NCBI GenBank assembly: GCA_973895155.1
Contig: OZ316893.1
Span: 17,080,645-17,144,644, forward strand
DNA: 64,000 nt
Reading direction: 5' to 3'
DNA from: Marsupella aquatica
Lineage: Eukaryota; Plantae; Marchantiophyta
The translations under genes were made by a program, and so were the position numbers. Under the pieces are notes generated by a model that was not told where the DNA came from, did no database searches, and saw nothing but the letters and a program-made list of their open reading frames with translations. Every line of letters starts with the position of its first letter. Within the stretch, counting starts at the first letter, position 1. Positions 38,708 through 52,348 of this stretch are shown here, in pieces.

Positions 38708-40673
38708 CGGCGCAGCGAGTTTAGAATAGCGTAGGTTTAGCCGAGGAATTGGACACTGCAAACAAATGCCAAAACTAGTTAGCAGCGCTGTCAACCCTCT
38801 TTTAGTATAGAATCTTAGGATAGAAACAAGCCGGTTTGCGGCCTGGCATTTGGCTAAAATTAGAATAGACTAGATTTGAGCACGTGACTATTCCAGGCCA
38901 CGGCTCTTAGTTAGTATTTAGTGCACCCCCGGTAGAGGCAGCGGGGGGAAGACTTTAGGTTTTGAACCGGGTATCTAGAGATGTGTAGGGAGCCCCGACC
39001 TTAGTGAATGAGAGAGTACCACGGAATGAGGGTACAACTAAGCTCGTTGGGCAAGTGCGGAGCCGAGCTCCGTTGTAGTGTATGCCTCCTTGCCGTACGT
39101 TGGGCTATTTGTTCCTTTGTGCGATTACTAACATAGTTTCTAGAAGTGGGTTGGAATTATTTTATGCCGACCTGACTATGTTATCTTGACAGTTAGCATT
39201 TTAATCTGGTATGTACAAGCTTAAGCAAGATAGTTTCACGAATAGTTTACACTTGAGATAATTTCAACCCAATAGTTGGAGGAGGGTCAAAATAATTCCA
39301 ACCCAACTTGTATATGTTTAGTCAATTCAATCATTTTAAGACATTGTTGGCAGAGGGTCGGAATAAGTTCGACCCAACTTGAATGTGTTTAGGGGTTTTG
39401 AGTTATTTTACAATATTTTTGGGAGGAGAGTCCCAATTTTGAAACATCATGATTGTAACATGCAAAACTTAACAATTTCTAACTTGATTTGGATACAGAT
39501 AGTCTGCCATCATGATCAATTTTACATGAGGGGATGAAGTTTCATTGGTGATCGATGGATTTGAAATGGCAATTGGGATAGTTCAAAAGGTTGACTCCCA
39601 GGATACTATACAGAACATTTGTCTGGGGGATAATCGAATTGGAGTATTGATCAAAAAGTGTTTTGATGGATCACGTCAACTTCCATTTCCTTCACCAAAA
39701 TTTTCTACATTGGCCGAGGTAGTTGATTCGTGCGTGATTTGGGATTGTGCATTGGCATACTTGAGGTCATCAACTCTTTGTCAAAGAATTAATGTAGATG
39801 ATTTCTCTTTGGCTAGAGAGGTTGGAAATGATAAATCCAAATCGGACGCAAGGGTTGAAGCGGACATGTTCAAGAAAGGAGATGAAGTCCAGTTGTTCAT
39901 TTTTGATCAATTGGTTGCAAATGGAGTTGTGTTCAAGACAAATCCGATGGATATTTGTCATACTGAAAGACTAGGGGTTTGTCGCATCAGTATACTAATA
40001 TCTGATATTGTTAAGGGAAATCAAGAATTGCCATACCCGCACCCTGGAGCTGATACAATAGAAGAGGTCTTGCATACGTGGGTCATGTGGGATGTTGCAA
40101 ATGTTTCTAGCAAAGGCACTCTACAAGATTTTGGCATGTTTGGTAGTGCAAACATTTTCAATGATCCATTAAAAGATTTTACTCTATGTTCCAACTGGAT
40201 GGCGGAGGAGGTTGATTTGTATGACACTTCTCGTTATCGGAAGGTTGCAACAGGTGTTATCATTGTCCCATTTGAAATAGGTGCCGTTGATGATGAACTT
40301 CGTGGTGCAGATCATGTGGGTGTAGCTGTTGTGAATATCCATGAACCCGGATTATTTCCAAATATCCGTGTTGGTACCCCCAGCTTGGTGAGGTGGGAAA
40401 TCAAATCCCTTCTATTGATTTTATCTCAAAGGTTTCTTGGGGATATCCTCAAGGAAGTTTCAAGAGGTGGATGGAGTCGGGTCGAACTGAGGGCGATCTG
40501 GATTTGGATGGTGATGGCAAACCTACAAAAAGACCATACAATTTCATTAAGAGGACAAAAGTGGATTTGGAGGAGAAGAAGAAAAGGTATTTGGAGTCAA
40601 GGGCACTTTTGAAAATTACGGAGGAGTCCATTCATTCCATCCAAAGAGAAGGTTGTTGCAAGTTGAAGTGTTG

Positions 40674-43600
40674 TGTGATGCCTAGCCAGGAATCACTAGG
40701 CCAATTTAAATGGTAAAGTCAGGAGTGTACCCTGGAAACACATTAGTGTAGTAACAAACACAGGGAAAATATAAACAATTAAGGGTGACTATGGAACCCG
40801 AGCCAAGGCCGGAAGTAAGGACGCCGGGGGAGGGAACACGGTTAGGGTTAGGGCGCGCTAAGTGTCGGCGGCTATGGGTAACCAACGGGAAGGAAGACCA
40901 GGCAAGGGGGGGTAAGGACCGATCGCAAGGAATGGTGGCTCATTTGCAAGCACAAACTAAGCAAGACGACTACGGGAGGCCAACTACTATCAGCTGCTTA
41001 AGCAAGCACTCGGGGTGGGAGCAGATACTAACTATCAACTCAAGAAGGGTATGAGCAACGTCAATCAAGTTGCTCATTTTTGGGGATGCCTGTTCGAACG
41101 GGCAACTGAGTACATTGGGACCTACAAAGACAAAGAATCAGATAGAGCAGCTCGAGAACGGCAGGAGCTCGCTTGACTATGGGAGCTGCAAAAGTTTACC
41201 TTCTTAGGAGGAGAACTCGTCAAGGCTGAATTCCTGTGGACACCTACTGGCAACAAGCTAGATGACCTTCTGTTTTGCGAGAACAGAATCGTCGACATCC
41301 GGGAAGCCATCAACCGCTACAACGACATACACTAGGAGTTGAAGGGTAGCACGGAGGGGTGGACGAAGGCAACCGTGCTTGGAGAAACATCCACGACAGC
41401 CGCTATGAAGAGGAAAGGGAACAACAACAAAGAGGCCACCCCTGCAAAAAGAACGAGGTCAGTGGCACCCAGGAAGCCAGCCGAGCAGGGAAGCAGGAGG
41501 CAGGGAGAAGCCAAAGAAGAAGAGGTCAATCCCATCAATGCCGTTCCAACAAGAGATGACACGTGGAAAGGCTGGGCGGCGACCCTCCCCAAGGAAGTGC
41601 AATTACACTTTGCACGTGAAGAGGATGCATGCTTTACGGCTATGTAGACTCGGAAGTACTAGGGCTTCATGGCCGGATCCGGCTTGGAAGCCTTCATGAA
41701 ATTACCATGGTTGAAGCCGGAGGTGCCGGATTCAGACTTATTAGAATTTGTGGGATCATGGGAGCCCGAGACCAATTCCACAAGGGTGTATGGGAAGGAT
41801 TTCTATCTCACTCCCCGGGTGATTTCCAAAGTGTTTGGCTTGCCAATGGGCAATAAGACCAAAGTAGATACTAGGAAGACCTTGCCAGACAAGGAGTTCC
41901 GGTCGTTTCCAAGGCCATCAACAAAGAATGGCTTCTTTCGAAACACCTGCACCAACCCGCACATCGGAGAGATGATCGATTTCTTGCGGGTAACCATGCA
42001 TTGCAACTTGCCAAGGCCAGAGATTGGCAAGGCACAGGTCTACCTGGTGGAGAGGCTAGACCCAAGCCGGGACTACAACGGGTACCTCCTCACCCAACTA
42101 AAGAAGATCTTGAAGGAGGAACAGCAGGTGATCGACATGGGAAGCGTGTCCCGACTTGGCTATCACATGCCGCTGTTGTGCCGGTATACCCGAAGTCAAA
42201 TCTTTGCCCCGGTACTTCCCTTGCAGGCAAGGGCACTAGAGGAGGTTTCGGAACAGAGGCCGATAGTAGAGAAACCCAACTAGCCTGATAGTCCTACAAT
42301 CAAGCAGGTGTTTAGGCCAAGGACGGAAGACTTGCAGATGCAACAACCAGGCATGCAGAATCTGCTGAAATTGTTGGAGAAGGAAAAGAGAACGGCAACG
42401 GCAACGGTACAAAACACTACTCCAGAAGTTGGCCTAAGCCGACTTACAAGGGAAAACCCCTTTACCGGAGCCAAGTGGAGAAGGAGGCCGGAACATGAGC
42501 CAGGGGTTCAAATGTATGTGGGAGCCTCAAGCCCCGAATCCGAGGGAGAGCAGCCTAAAGCTCTTGTTCGCGGTAAACAGAGGGAGAAGATAGCGTGGAA
42601 GCCGGAGGAGGAACCAGGACCCGTGAGCTGTGAGGCCATGTTCACAGCAAGACCAGGGGAGTAGCGGGGGGAGCTGGTAGTCCAAGCCGCGGAGGAGGCG
42701 ATGGAGGACTACGGCAATGATAACTTTGGCTACGGGTCGGACCATCATGTTCCAGGATTAAGGACAGGCTGTGGCCGGTTCATCCCCACGCTTCCAAGAG
42801 TAGTTTGAGGGGATCCCACCCAACAGAGCAACCCCGAGTCTCCCCCACCAAATGTCGCTCCCCTGAGCTTTGATGGAATAAAACAGATGGCACAGGACTT
42901 TCAAGAGCGACTTAGGGAGGAAGAGAAGGCAGCCCTGGCTAGGGAGAAGGATTTACCTAGGGGAGAATGGCCAGAGGACATCCAACGGCTTGCAGAAAGA
43001 CGAGGCAGCCCTCCAGCCACGATAGAAGAAATACGAAAGGCGGCTTGGGAACAAAGGCCGCGGTGGTTGATGCCGATGACTTCTACTCACTCCACCTATG
43101 CTAAAGAAAGAGCCATGGAGTATGGGGAGATGTGTGGGGAACTTGCGCTCAGCATCTTTGGGGAGGAGTTGGAGCAGGGAGATGTTGGAGAAACGCAGAT
43201 TGGAAGAAGCGGTGGCTTTGGAGAGAAGAAAGAAGGACGAGGTCATCCGACGACTTAGGGAGAAGGTAGCCGAGGCAGAGGACCTAAAGGCGGCCAAGAA
43301 AGCCCAAGATGAGCTGCGAATTAAGCGGCATGAGCTAAACATCATGCAGGGGCAACTAGATACCACTCAGTCGGATAATCAAATTATCAAGGATAAACTG
43401 ACTCGGACCCAAGGAGAGTTGGCTGATGCGATCAAGGAAAGGGAGAAGTGAAAGCGGGAGCTAAGGGACGCAAAGGAGGCCCACATAGCAGCCAACAATC
43501 AGGCCATGGCGGAGACCCAGAGAAGAGAGAGGGCGTTAAAGGGGGAACTTGAGGATATCCACAGAGCCCTTGAGCAGAAAGAGGCCAAGTTAGGGAAATC

Positions 43601-45408
43601 CTATCAAGGGATTATTGTGCTGCAACAGGAGCTTGCATCCCTGACGGCCAGCTTCAAGGCCGACTTGCGTGAGAAAGATGACCAACTCGATTAGACTTAT
43701 GCCAAGATGAATAAAATGGAGTCTAAGGTCGTAATGGAGCTCGACAAGGAGCTAAGAGCAACCCAGGAGGAGAGGGCTACCTTAAAGAAGGGATTGGAGG
43801 AAGCCCAAAAGGAACTGGAGGAAGCCCAGAAGGAGTTGGAGGAGGCGCAGAAGGACCTGGACAAAACGCAGGAGGAGTTGGAAGAAAGCACGAGGAAGAT
43901 GGAGAACTTACAACGGCGGCCCAACAACCAAACGGAGCGGCTAAAGAAACAAGCCGTAGTATTTAAGTGCTTGGCTTCATCAGTTCCAACTCCATTTGGG
44001 GCAACCAAGTAGCCAGGAGTAGTACTGGCCGAAGGACAAGCCGCAACACTTGCACCAGTGCCAGAGGTAGGTGGCAAGGGGAAGGGACTGGCCTGCCGAA
44101 ATAGGGAAGAAGAAGAAGCGGAAACCTTCTGGGTCAGGCAGTAATGCGGCTTCTCAAGCCGTCGTGACCAAGGAGGTAAACTCGGCACCAACCTCAAGCA
44201 AGGTCACGGCAGAGGATCCAACTGCCGGGCTAGAAGGCGGGGATGGCAAAGCCGAGGCCAGGACACTCAGTGATGAAGCCAAGGTACCGGATCCACCACT
44301 AGAGCATGTCGGGGAGGCCGTGGCCGTATTAGAGGCCGTGGCCGTATTAGAGGCCGTGGCCGATGCTGAGACCAAAGCCGAGGGTGGACCTGGTCAGGCC
44401 ACGGGTGAGTTGCCTGGGTTTGGGGCAGGTAATTTGTCAGAGGACGGACCTACAGCAATGGTTGCGGAGGAAGTGTTGGGGGCATCCATTGAGGATCAAC
44501 CACCGCTACCATGACGGTGGTGGAGCGCCGCTCCTTTTAAGGAGGGCGGACGTGGAGGGAGGAGGTGTGAGTGGGCAGGGCGGGCTCAGATCTCCAAGTT
44601 TAGAATTAGGACCAGGACCAAGAGGCGGCCCTGACACTTAGATGAGTGGGATTGCGGATCCACTGGTAAGAGCAACACTTGTGCTCCTGCCTCGCTTTAC
44701 ATAGGTAGATTACAGTTATGATAGATTAGGCTTACGCTGCAAGGAATTAGGCGGATCCACTGCCAGGATAAGTACCTGGGCAGCGGGGAGTTCAGGGCCT
44801 TCTTCCTTAGCAAGTTTTTAGTGCACCAGCAGGGCTGAGATCAAGTAGTAAAAGAAGCTCTCGGTTAGTTATACTATGACCCTTGTGTATATTCATGTTT
44901 CCTCATGCCTAAGAGATGAATAGAGTTGGCCTCACGGCTTAGTTCGCAGATCTTGTGTATGAGAAGTACTGTTTGTATGACAAGTGCATGGTACAATTCA
45001 GTCAGAAGGAGTCATTTTGCTATTTGTGTGTCGCATTAACTTGTTTGAAGATTGCCCACATCAACCAAGAGAAGGGATTAAGCAAGGTAGTAAGAGTTGG
45101 ATGTGTCGAGCTGAGAGAGGTCTTAGCGGCTTACCCAAGCCAGTTGGGGATCATTCTGGCGGCAGAATCCAAACATACCTAAAGGAAGATCAGGAGAGGA
45201 GGACAAGGGAAGGCATAGAAGAGGCCGACTACGTATCTCATGACCTGATGAAGGATCTGTCCAGTATATGTGTGTAAAATGTTAGTAGAGAGTTAGCAGC
45301 GTCCCATGCCGCTAAGCCGCGGAATCGGCCTTGCCGAGAGCAAAACCTGCGGGAATCGGCTTGTGCAGGGGGGTTTCTTGGGTTTAGGGAGCCATGGGAC
45401 GCACCACA
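40674..45408 (+). mobile_element. protein-coding solo LTR-like element, family Z (4735 bp)
   Basis: TGTGATGC...GCACCACA termini (7/8 inverted match) and perfect TSD TGTTG (40669-73 and 45409-13). No gag or pol inside. Confidence 0.9.
41339..44514 (+). pseudogene. LTR-encoded protein, family Z (multiple stops)
   Basis: LPW....EFV.SW......V.G..F.LT...I..VFGLP.G...NGF....C core, followed by a long coiled coil with (LEEAQKE)n heptads. Confidence 0.78.
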
Positions 45409-46180
45409 TGTTGCTTGAACATGCCCAGGGAGGACTTAGAGGCAATGAGGAGGGAATACCATGGAATGTCAAGTGACAACAAAGCGAGTCATATCTTTAG
45501 TCTCTTTGGGTGTAGAGAGGAGCAAGTCAAGAGAAAGGGACTTTTTGTTCAAAGGGACGTGTGGTTGGTAAGGATGCATTTATTAAAATGCACGGCTTCA
45601 GTACAACAAAGTATTATGACTACAAAAATCAATACAAAGCCGGTTGCACAATTGGTTTCCATGGAAATCAGGGACAAGGTAAGACACGATCAAGCACTTT
45701 GCACGCTCGCGCCTTGTTGGAGTCCATTTTAATCCAAAATGGGGAACCAATACCACCTCTTCCCTATGGTGGGTCCAATGGCACCGACACTATTGGATCT
45801 TTGAATTGAGCAGTGCTTGGATAGATTTTTCCACCTCCCCCTTCAGCCCATGGCCTAAGTTGAAAGACTTATCCATCCCAATGGTGTACTTCTGGTAGTG
45901 TTCCTTCCTTATGACTTCGACCTGGCTCCGCAATCCAGCTCGGCTAACCAAACTCCTCCGTACATAGGTGGAACCGGAACCGGTTTTGGATTCGGGGATG
46001 CTTCCTCCAATTGCAGGATGGACGGATCCCAGGAGACTGGTTTCTTATGCTTTGGTTTGTGTTTTTGGCTTTGGGCAGTTGTTTGGCCGGTTCCTGGTTA
46101 ATAGGTTCCGTATTGGTGGAGCCAGAATCGGTTCCCTGCTTAGCTGGAGCCGTGTCCTCCGTATTGATGGGCCGTTCTTG

Positions 46181-47992
46181 CTATTCATCTGCCGGGGCGC
46201 CAGAGAGGTTCAGGGTGGCTCCGTCTATAGCAACCTTTGGGTAATTTAGGAGATGCGTCTCCCGCGGGTTGCCTCTATCCCCAAAGACATCTTCCTTGGA
46301 CAGGGACAAAATGAGTTCAATCATGTCGAGCTCTTCCTCCTCCAAAGTCTCTGAATCATACTCCTCGGGTCCCTGTGGAGTCTTGCCCTGATAATCGTCC
46401 ACCGCCCATGATACCCGTACCGGGGGTGTCCCGAATCTTAGCTCCTTCTTGCCCCAGTCCATAACTACACGACCACCGTACAGCCACGACCTTCCCAAGA
46501 GGACCGGGTAAGAAGATGGTCGGACCGGCCTCATGACCAAAAAGTTTAGATAAAACTCCACACCTCCTACGAGGGTGAGAACTTTGGTGAGCGTGCCCAG
46601 GGGAAGTACTCTTGCACCATTTGCTAATCAAATAGCTTGGGCTGTAGTTTGATACGTGAGATACCCCCATTTTACAGATGTTTCCTCAGTCATAATATTG
46701 ACTCATGCTCCGCCATCCATGAGAACCATCTTGATAGTACAACTATTAATCTCGATCAAGATGTCCGGCGCTCCTAGGTCCTCGCAGATCATATTACAAT
46801 CCGGAGCTCCGACCCGTGGTAGCCATCTTCTCCATCGGCCCGTGAGCAACTCCCTTAGTTGTTGCCGATACTAGGGATTATTCTAGAGTAGTTGTCCTAC
46901 CGTTGCTGTAAATGGGCAACTCTTCACATCTTGTCAAATGTCGTATTCTTCCTTATTTTCTTCCTTTGGCTGTAGCTTAATTTTCTTTTGCTTCCCGCTT
47001 CTCTTGCTCTTCCCATTGCGCCGCCTCAGCTGCCTTTAGATCTTTATCGATTGCTTTCTTGTATTCCCATGCCTCGTATGCTTCCAACTGTTGTTTTACC
47101 AACTCTTCAATGCGAGGGTAGAATAGCTTTGGGTCATCCCGGTGGTAGTCGTTGTCCTTCTCCGGAGGTATTTCTACCGTTGGCTGCACTGGCGTGGTGT
47201 CTTGCTTATGTCGGCATTTCTCTTCGTGTTTCTCTTGCTTTCGTTTGGATCTGGTTGACACTCGATAACATTCGGCCTCATCCGACAGATTGGGGTGTTT
47301 CATCACATCGACCAAGTTGACCCACTTAGTGTTATCATCTTGCCATTCTACGGTGATCATTTGAACGACAGCATCGCTTGGAGCCGGTCCACCTGGGGCC
47401 AGCCGAGCCGTGCTCACTTGTGCTACGATTACCAACGGGCAATTGGTCATGGAATGAGCCTCCGTTTTGCACACTTGACATAGTGGCCTTGGCCATCTCC
47501 TTGGTTTCTTTGTTCTGTGCACTCCCTCGCAAAGTGACCGGGCTTCTCACAGTTGTAACAAACCGGGGATTGCCAAATCCCTGGTTTAGGAGTGATGCTC
47601 AGGTTACTTATCACTTGGAAGCCTCTGCCACCATTTGGGTATGGATACACAGTTATGCCAGCCAAATTCTGAGGACCCACCGTGGAAATCTGATACACGA
47701 AGTCAGGTGGTTCTTCAAAGAAATACTCCGTGGACTCCGGTTCTGGCCCTGGGCTGTCAACATCATCCAATTCCACCTGATGGACTCGATTCTTCCATCT
47801 TGGGCATTCCTGCACCACATGCCCCGATTGAAAGCATTTGGAGCACCACGCATGTGCTTGGGTTTTGGATGGCTTCTTCTTCTCCACGGGCTTCTCCGCC
47901 AGGTATACCGACAACGCTTTGAGGCGATCAGTGATTTCATTGAGCTTGTCGGTTTCAACGGCCTTAGGATCTGGCTTGATTTTCCCCTCCTT
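46181..47992 (-). pseudogene. gag: gypsy gag C-terminus (three zinc knuckles) and protease
   Basis: CSKCFQSGHVVQEC, CYNCEKPGHFAREC, CQVCKTEAHSMTNC, VLMDGGA*VNIM, YPVLLGRSWL. Confidence 0.85.
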
Positions 47993-48429
47993 TTAAATTT
48001 TATTTTTTTTTAAATTTTATTTGAAGTTTATTCCGCATGAACCCCACGGATGGGGGGAGCAGCAGGCCAAAAGGCAAAAAGGTTTTCAAGAGAAGTGACA
48101 ACAGCTGGGCAGAGTCAAGCCAGGTGCCTTGCCACTAAGCAAGATCATTCAATAGGCTACCCAATAACCCTGTGAGTGGGAAGCAAAAGTAAAGTAGCCA
48201 ATACCAGCCAAGCTAACAAGTAGCATTCCGAAGCCTGTAATAAGAATTTACAGGGAGTAAACAAAACAAGACCCTGGGGTGAGGGTCCTGCCCCCCGTAA
48301 ACCAGATATCAGTGACAAGCATCTGAGCCAGTAAACTAATGCAAACATGAGTAATCCTAATCAACACTCAGAAAGAGGTCAAACATCTCACTTTGCTCCT
48401 AATAATCCTAATTTGTTCCTGCACTAAAA

Positions 48430-51400
48430 TCTATTTCGCCTGTGTAACTCTGTAAAACTTATTCTTAGAACCAGTAGCAGTCGCCACTGTGGTCAGGTGG
48501 TCCAAAGTTTCGGAGATGGTAAGTATCTGGTTAAAAACTCGTTTTTTGCCAAGGTCAAACGTCTGATCATTACGTGCCTTCCAAATAGCCCACAGGATCT
48601 GATACATCAAAAACAGACGAAGCGTGCTCCGAGGGCTCTTCCTAAGCGATAAGGAGATTAATTCAACCAGGTTCTGATGTGGTTGAATGATTGTACCATT
48701 CAGCCAGCCCTGCGCTTCCCTTCAGCAGCGCTGTGCATGTCTGCATTTAGTGAAAAGATGAGGAATAGTCTCTATCATCCCAGGGCACAGAATGCAAATT
48801 CCATCTGACTTGGCAATTCTCATTGCTCTTGATCCAGAGAATAGTCCTTGTGCCAAGACCCGCCAGAGAAACATTTTTGCTCTAGTGGAAAGGTCTGTCG
48901 TCCAGATCAACAACCAAATCTTGCTCCATTCTTCATCGGTATGGCTCACTTCCCATATCCTGTTCAACCTGAGGTGATCCGTTCCTTTAGGCCTCAACAT
49001 TTCGTATACCCGCCAGTTGGGTAGGCCAAACTGCCGAATCCGTATGTCCTTGTCAGACCACTGCCATTGACAAGCGAGGGTATCAAATCCACTACCCAAG
49101 AAAATGGATCTGTGGACCACTCTGATCAGTGCAAGGCATAAGGTTCGGTCTCCATCGGTGAGGCCTCTCAATCGGTTCAGCCTAGTATCCAAGTTCCTCC
49201 AGTCATTCGTAGCAGAGGACCAAAAATCCCCAACCTTCCTGATTCCTAAGTTGCCACAAAGTCGAGTCACTGTCCCAATGGATGCCTCAGGCAGGTCATA
49301 GAAATCCTGAGAGCATCAAACTAGATCTTCCAGTATCCAGTGTCCAGGGATCGCATCCACCCCAGGGTGGAAAATCAGGTTTTCCCTAGCAAGTGCCCAT
49401 GCGCCCCAGAGTTGCCCCGTGTAAGTCAATTTCCCGAACGATCATGGTGAACCCAGTAGCATTAGATCTGACATAGAGTAGTGGTTCCTGCGTATAGATC
49501 GATAGTTTCTCCATTTTGTCAATCCCAAGTTTATAGCAAAGAGTTTCGCCCATTCCGTCTTTGGGTGATCCAACGCCCCTATGAACCACTTACAGAGGAG
49601 TGCATCAGAATGACTTCTGAAGTCTTTCAGGCCAAGTCCGCCAACATTCTTTGGCCTGCACAGCTTATCCCACGCCACAAGGGGTAACCTTTTACCCCCC
49701 GTCCTGTTGTTACCCCAAAGGAAATTCCTGCTTAATGCTGTCAATTTCCTAGCCAGTGCAGCCGGGGAGCGTAAAAACATCATATGATATATGGGTATAG
49801 CCTGCAAGACATGTTTAACATGCAAAAGGCGGCCCGTAAATGACAGAAAGTGTGAGGACCACGAAGACCGTCATGCGCTAATCCTATCCAGACAGAAGCC
49901 ATGTAACTGCGCTTCTGACAAGCCAGCTCCCAATGGAGCACCCAAGTATTTCTGCACCATTCCTGATTCACTGATAACACATCCCGTCGCTCTAAGCCAT
50001 CCAGGAATCTCCTCTACTCCCAAGGGGATAACAATGGACTTTTTGAGATTGAGTTTTGCTCCAGTGGCACATTCGTAAGTGTTCAATGTGCTTGTAGCCT
50101 GTTCGAATGCTAACTCCGTAACAGGGATGAATAGACCCATGTCATCCGCAAATAATCTAAATGAGATATTCAAGTCAGGAGTAATTTGAAATCCTTGTAA
50201 TCTCCCTGCCCTGATTTCCGCATTACAAAAATCCATTAGCGGTTGGGTCAAAATTGCAAACAATAGAGGGGAGAGAGGGCATCCCTGTCTCACCCCCCGA
50301 CTCAACTGAATATCTTCAGTCCAGATCCTGTTAACTAGAGCCTTGGAATTCGCATTACTTAGTAGCGACTTGACCAAGAAGATAAAATGAGACCCAGTGC
50401 CCAGTAGGTGCATTGTTTCCCAGATGTAGGAGTGATCCACTCTATCAAACGCTTTCTCGAAATCCAGCTTCAGGAATAGAGCCGGTGTATTCGTAATGTT
50501 AATCCAATCATTCATCAGCCAGGTAATGGAGTTATTCTCTAAAATATTTCTGCCAGGGATGAATCCTGTTTGTTGTGGGCAGATCAACTTAGAAAGCAAC
50601 GGTTTTAATCGTTGTGTCAGTAGTTTGGCAATAATCTTGTAAATGATTGTCAACATTGTGAGCGGTCGCCAATCCCCCAGCCTTTGTTTGTCAGTCTTTT
50701 TAGGAAAGAAACGAATGACTCCCTCCTTTATCTTGAATGCAAGATGTCCCGTACGCCAAAAATCAGCCACCATGGAGTGTAGATCCTCCTTTAAAAAATC
50801 CCAGCATGCGCGAATTCCCTCTGCTGTCACCCCATCAATCCCCGGAGCCTTGTCACATGGTAAAAGTAACAGGGTACAATGCAACTCCTGTATTGAGGGT
50901 AGAGCCTCTAATCTTCTGATTTCATTACTCGTAAGTGCAAACCGAGTATGAGCATAGAGTACACGTCGAGCGGTGAGCATATCTGATAGCGCCTCCTCTA
51001 AGAGGATCGGTGGTGAATATAGCTCCTCGCAATGTCTCTGCACCTCCTTGATTACTAGCCGTTCATCCCGAATCTCTCGTCCTCCTTCCACTACCAGGTA
51101 CTCCATGTTTTCCCTCTGCCGCTTTGCCTTGACAGTAGAAAAGAAAACTTGGAAGTTTCTTCACCCTGGCCAAGCCATCTGATCCGAGATAGACGTCGAT
51201 TGTGATGTGCCTCCTCTATCTCCATTTCACGTACACAATCCTCTGTATACATGAAATTCAAAGTGCAAGAGGATGAGTGATCCTCAACAATAGCCAACTT
51301 TAGCATTCATAGCTTATCCTTCATTAACAGCATCTCTTCCTCCCAAGGTAGGGGTGCAGCTTGTAGCTCCATATAGCATTTTCTTAGCCTTTGATATGCC

Positions 51401-52283
51401 AGTGTGAATCTCAGGTGCGGGTCCAAGGGAGGAATGTCAACCCCCCAAGCCCTAGTGAGTAGTTCTACATTGCCTTGTTTCCGTAGAACCGCAGGATTGG
51501 CCTTGAAATACGTCGCTCGCCTTTGGTCTGCTCCAGCCAGTATTGGGAGGGTAAATCTAAAAGTAAGTATCACCGGATCGTGGTCAGAAAGTGCAGATGT
51601 CCCATCGTGCAGGAGAGCCAATACTTCCCCCGTCCAACTCCCTTTTTCACTGAGATAGAATCGGTCTAGGCGTGACTGTATTAATCTGCCATTGCGAACC
51701 CTTCTCCAAGTGAATTTGGATCCAGTAACCTGACCCAAGATTCCAAACACATCTTGTAAGTCCAATCTTGTAGTAAGGAACCTCCAGAATTCTTTCTCTC
51801 TACCGCAAATCAAGGGGGAGGAACCAGTGGAGTCACCCCTTAATTCCGTCATATTAAAATCGCCACCGAAGATCCACCGATCCTGAGGCAAAGCATTCCG
51901 AAGATCATTCCATAGTAGAGTCCTTTCTCCAGTGGAGCAAGGAGCATACACACAGATTAAACCAAAATTTCCTTCAGTATGTTCTACTTGGATCCAGACC
52001 GCTCGGCCCTTATCCAACGTGCCGGATGTAAGCACTTTAAACAACGGGTGCAATAGAATGGCAGTACCGCCTCTGCCCGCATCCGGGAGAGAGTAAAAGT
52101 GTTGATATGTAGGTAAAATGATTTGAGAGCAATGTCCAATCTGAAACTGTCAGCCTTAACCTCTTGGAGCATCAGTGCATTGAGGTGAGGTCGGTTGGCT
52201 GAAACCCATTTAGATACCACAATTTTCCGATTTGGATCGCATAAGCCACACACGTTCCATGTGGCCACCTTGAAAGTTGTCAT
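48430..52283 (-). pseudogene. LINE ORF2 (APE endonuclease, RT, zf-RVT), frameshifted
   Basis: WNVCGL, GGDFN, SRLDRFY, SDH, LDFEKAFDRV, GVRQGCPLSPLLF, LFADD, CILC..ETIPHLF. Confidence 0.93.
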
Positions 52284-52348
52284 GAAAATTCAACTTAATC
52301 AATTAACCTCCCTGCTCCAGCCTAAGGCTAAATGACACCTCGTAGGAG

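Larger units (their letters stand above)
35679..39096 (+). mobile_element. protein-coding LTR family X, copy 2 (3'-truncated)
   Basis: Starts TGTGACGCCACCAGCACGG, the reverse complement of the 60759 end. Homology to the other copies stops at about 39096. Confidence 0.87.
39545..45790 (+). mobile_element. DNA-transposon-like coding region split by LTR Z: three repeats of a Tnp1/En-Spm-like domain, then a Cys-rich CCxxxC...HGN region
   Basis: Repeated unit VA.G.V......LG...V.I......LP.P...T......V.W in ORF 39545-40612. GCCKLKC|CLNMPRE rejoins across the insertion. Superfamily uncertain. Confidence 0.5.

Noticed and set aside
43098-44012. Host SMC/myosin/tropomyosin gene or env gene
   Set aside because: A generic coiled coil inside a TSD-bounded element, with no ATPase motifs, signal peptide or transmembrane segment seen.
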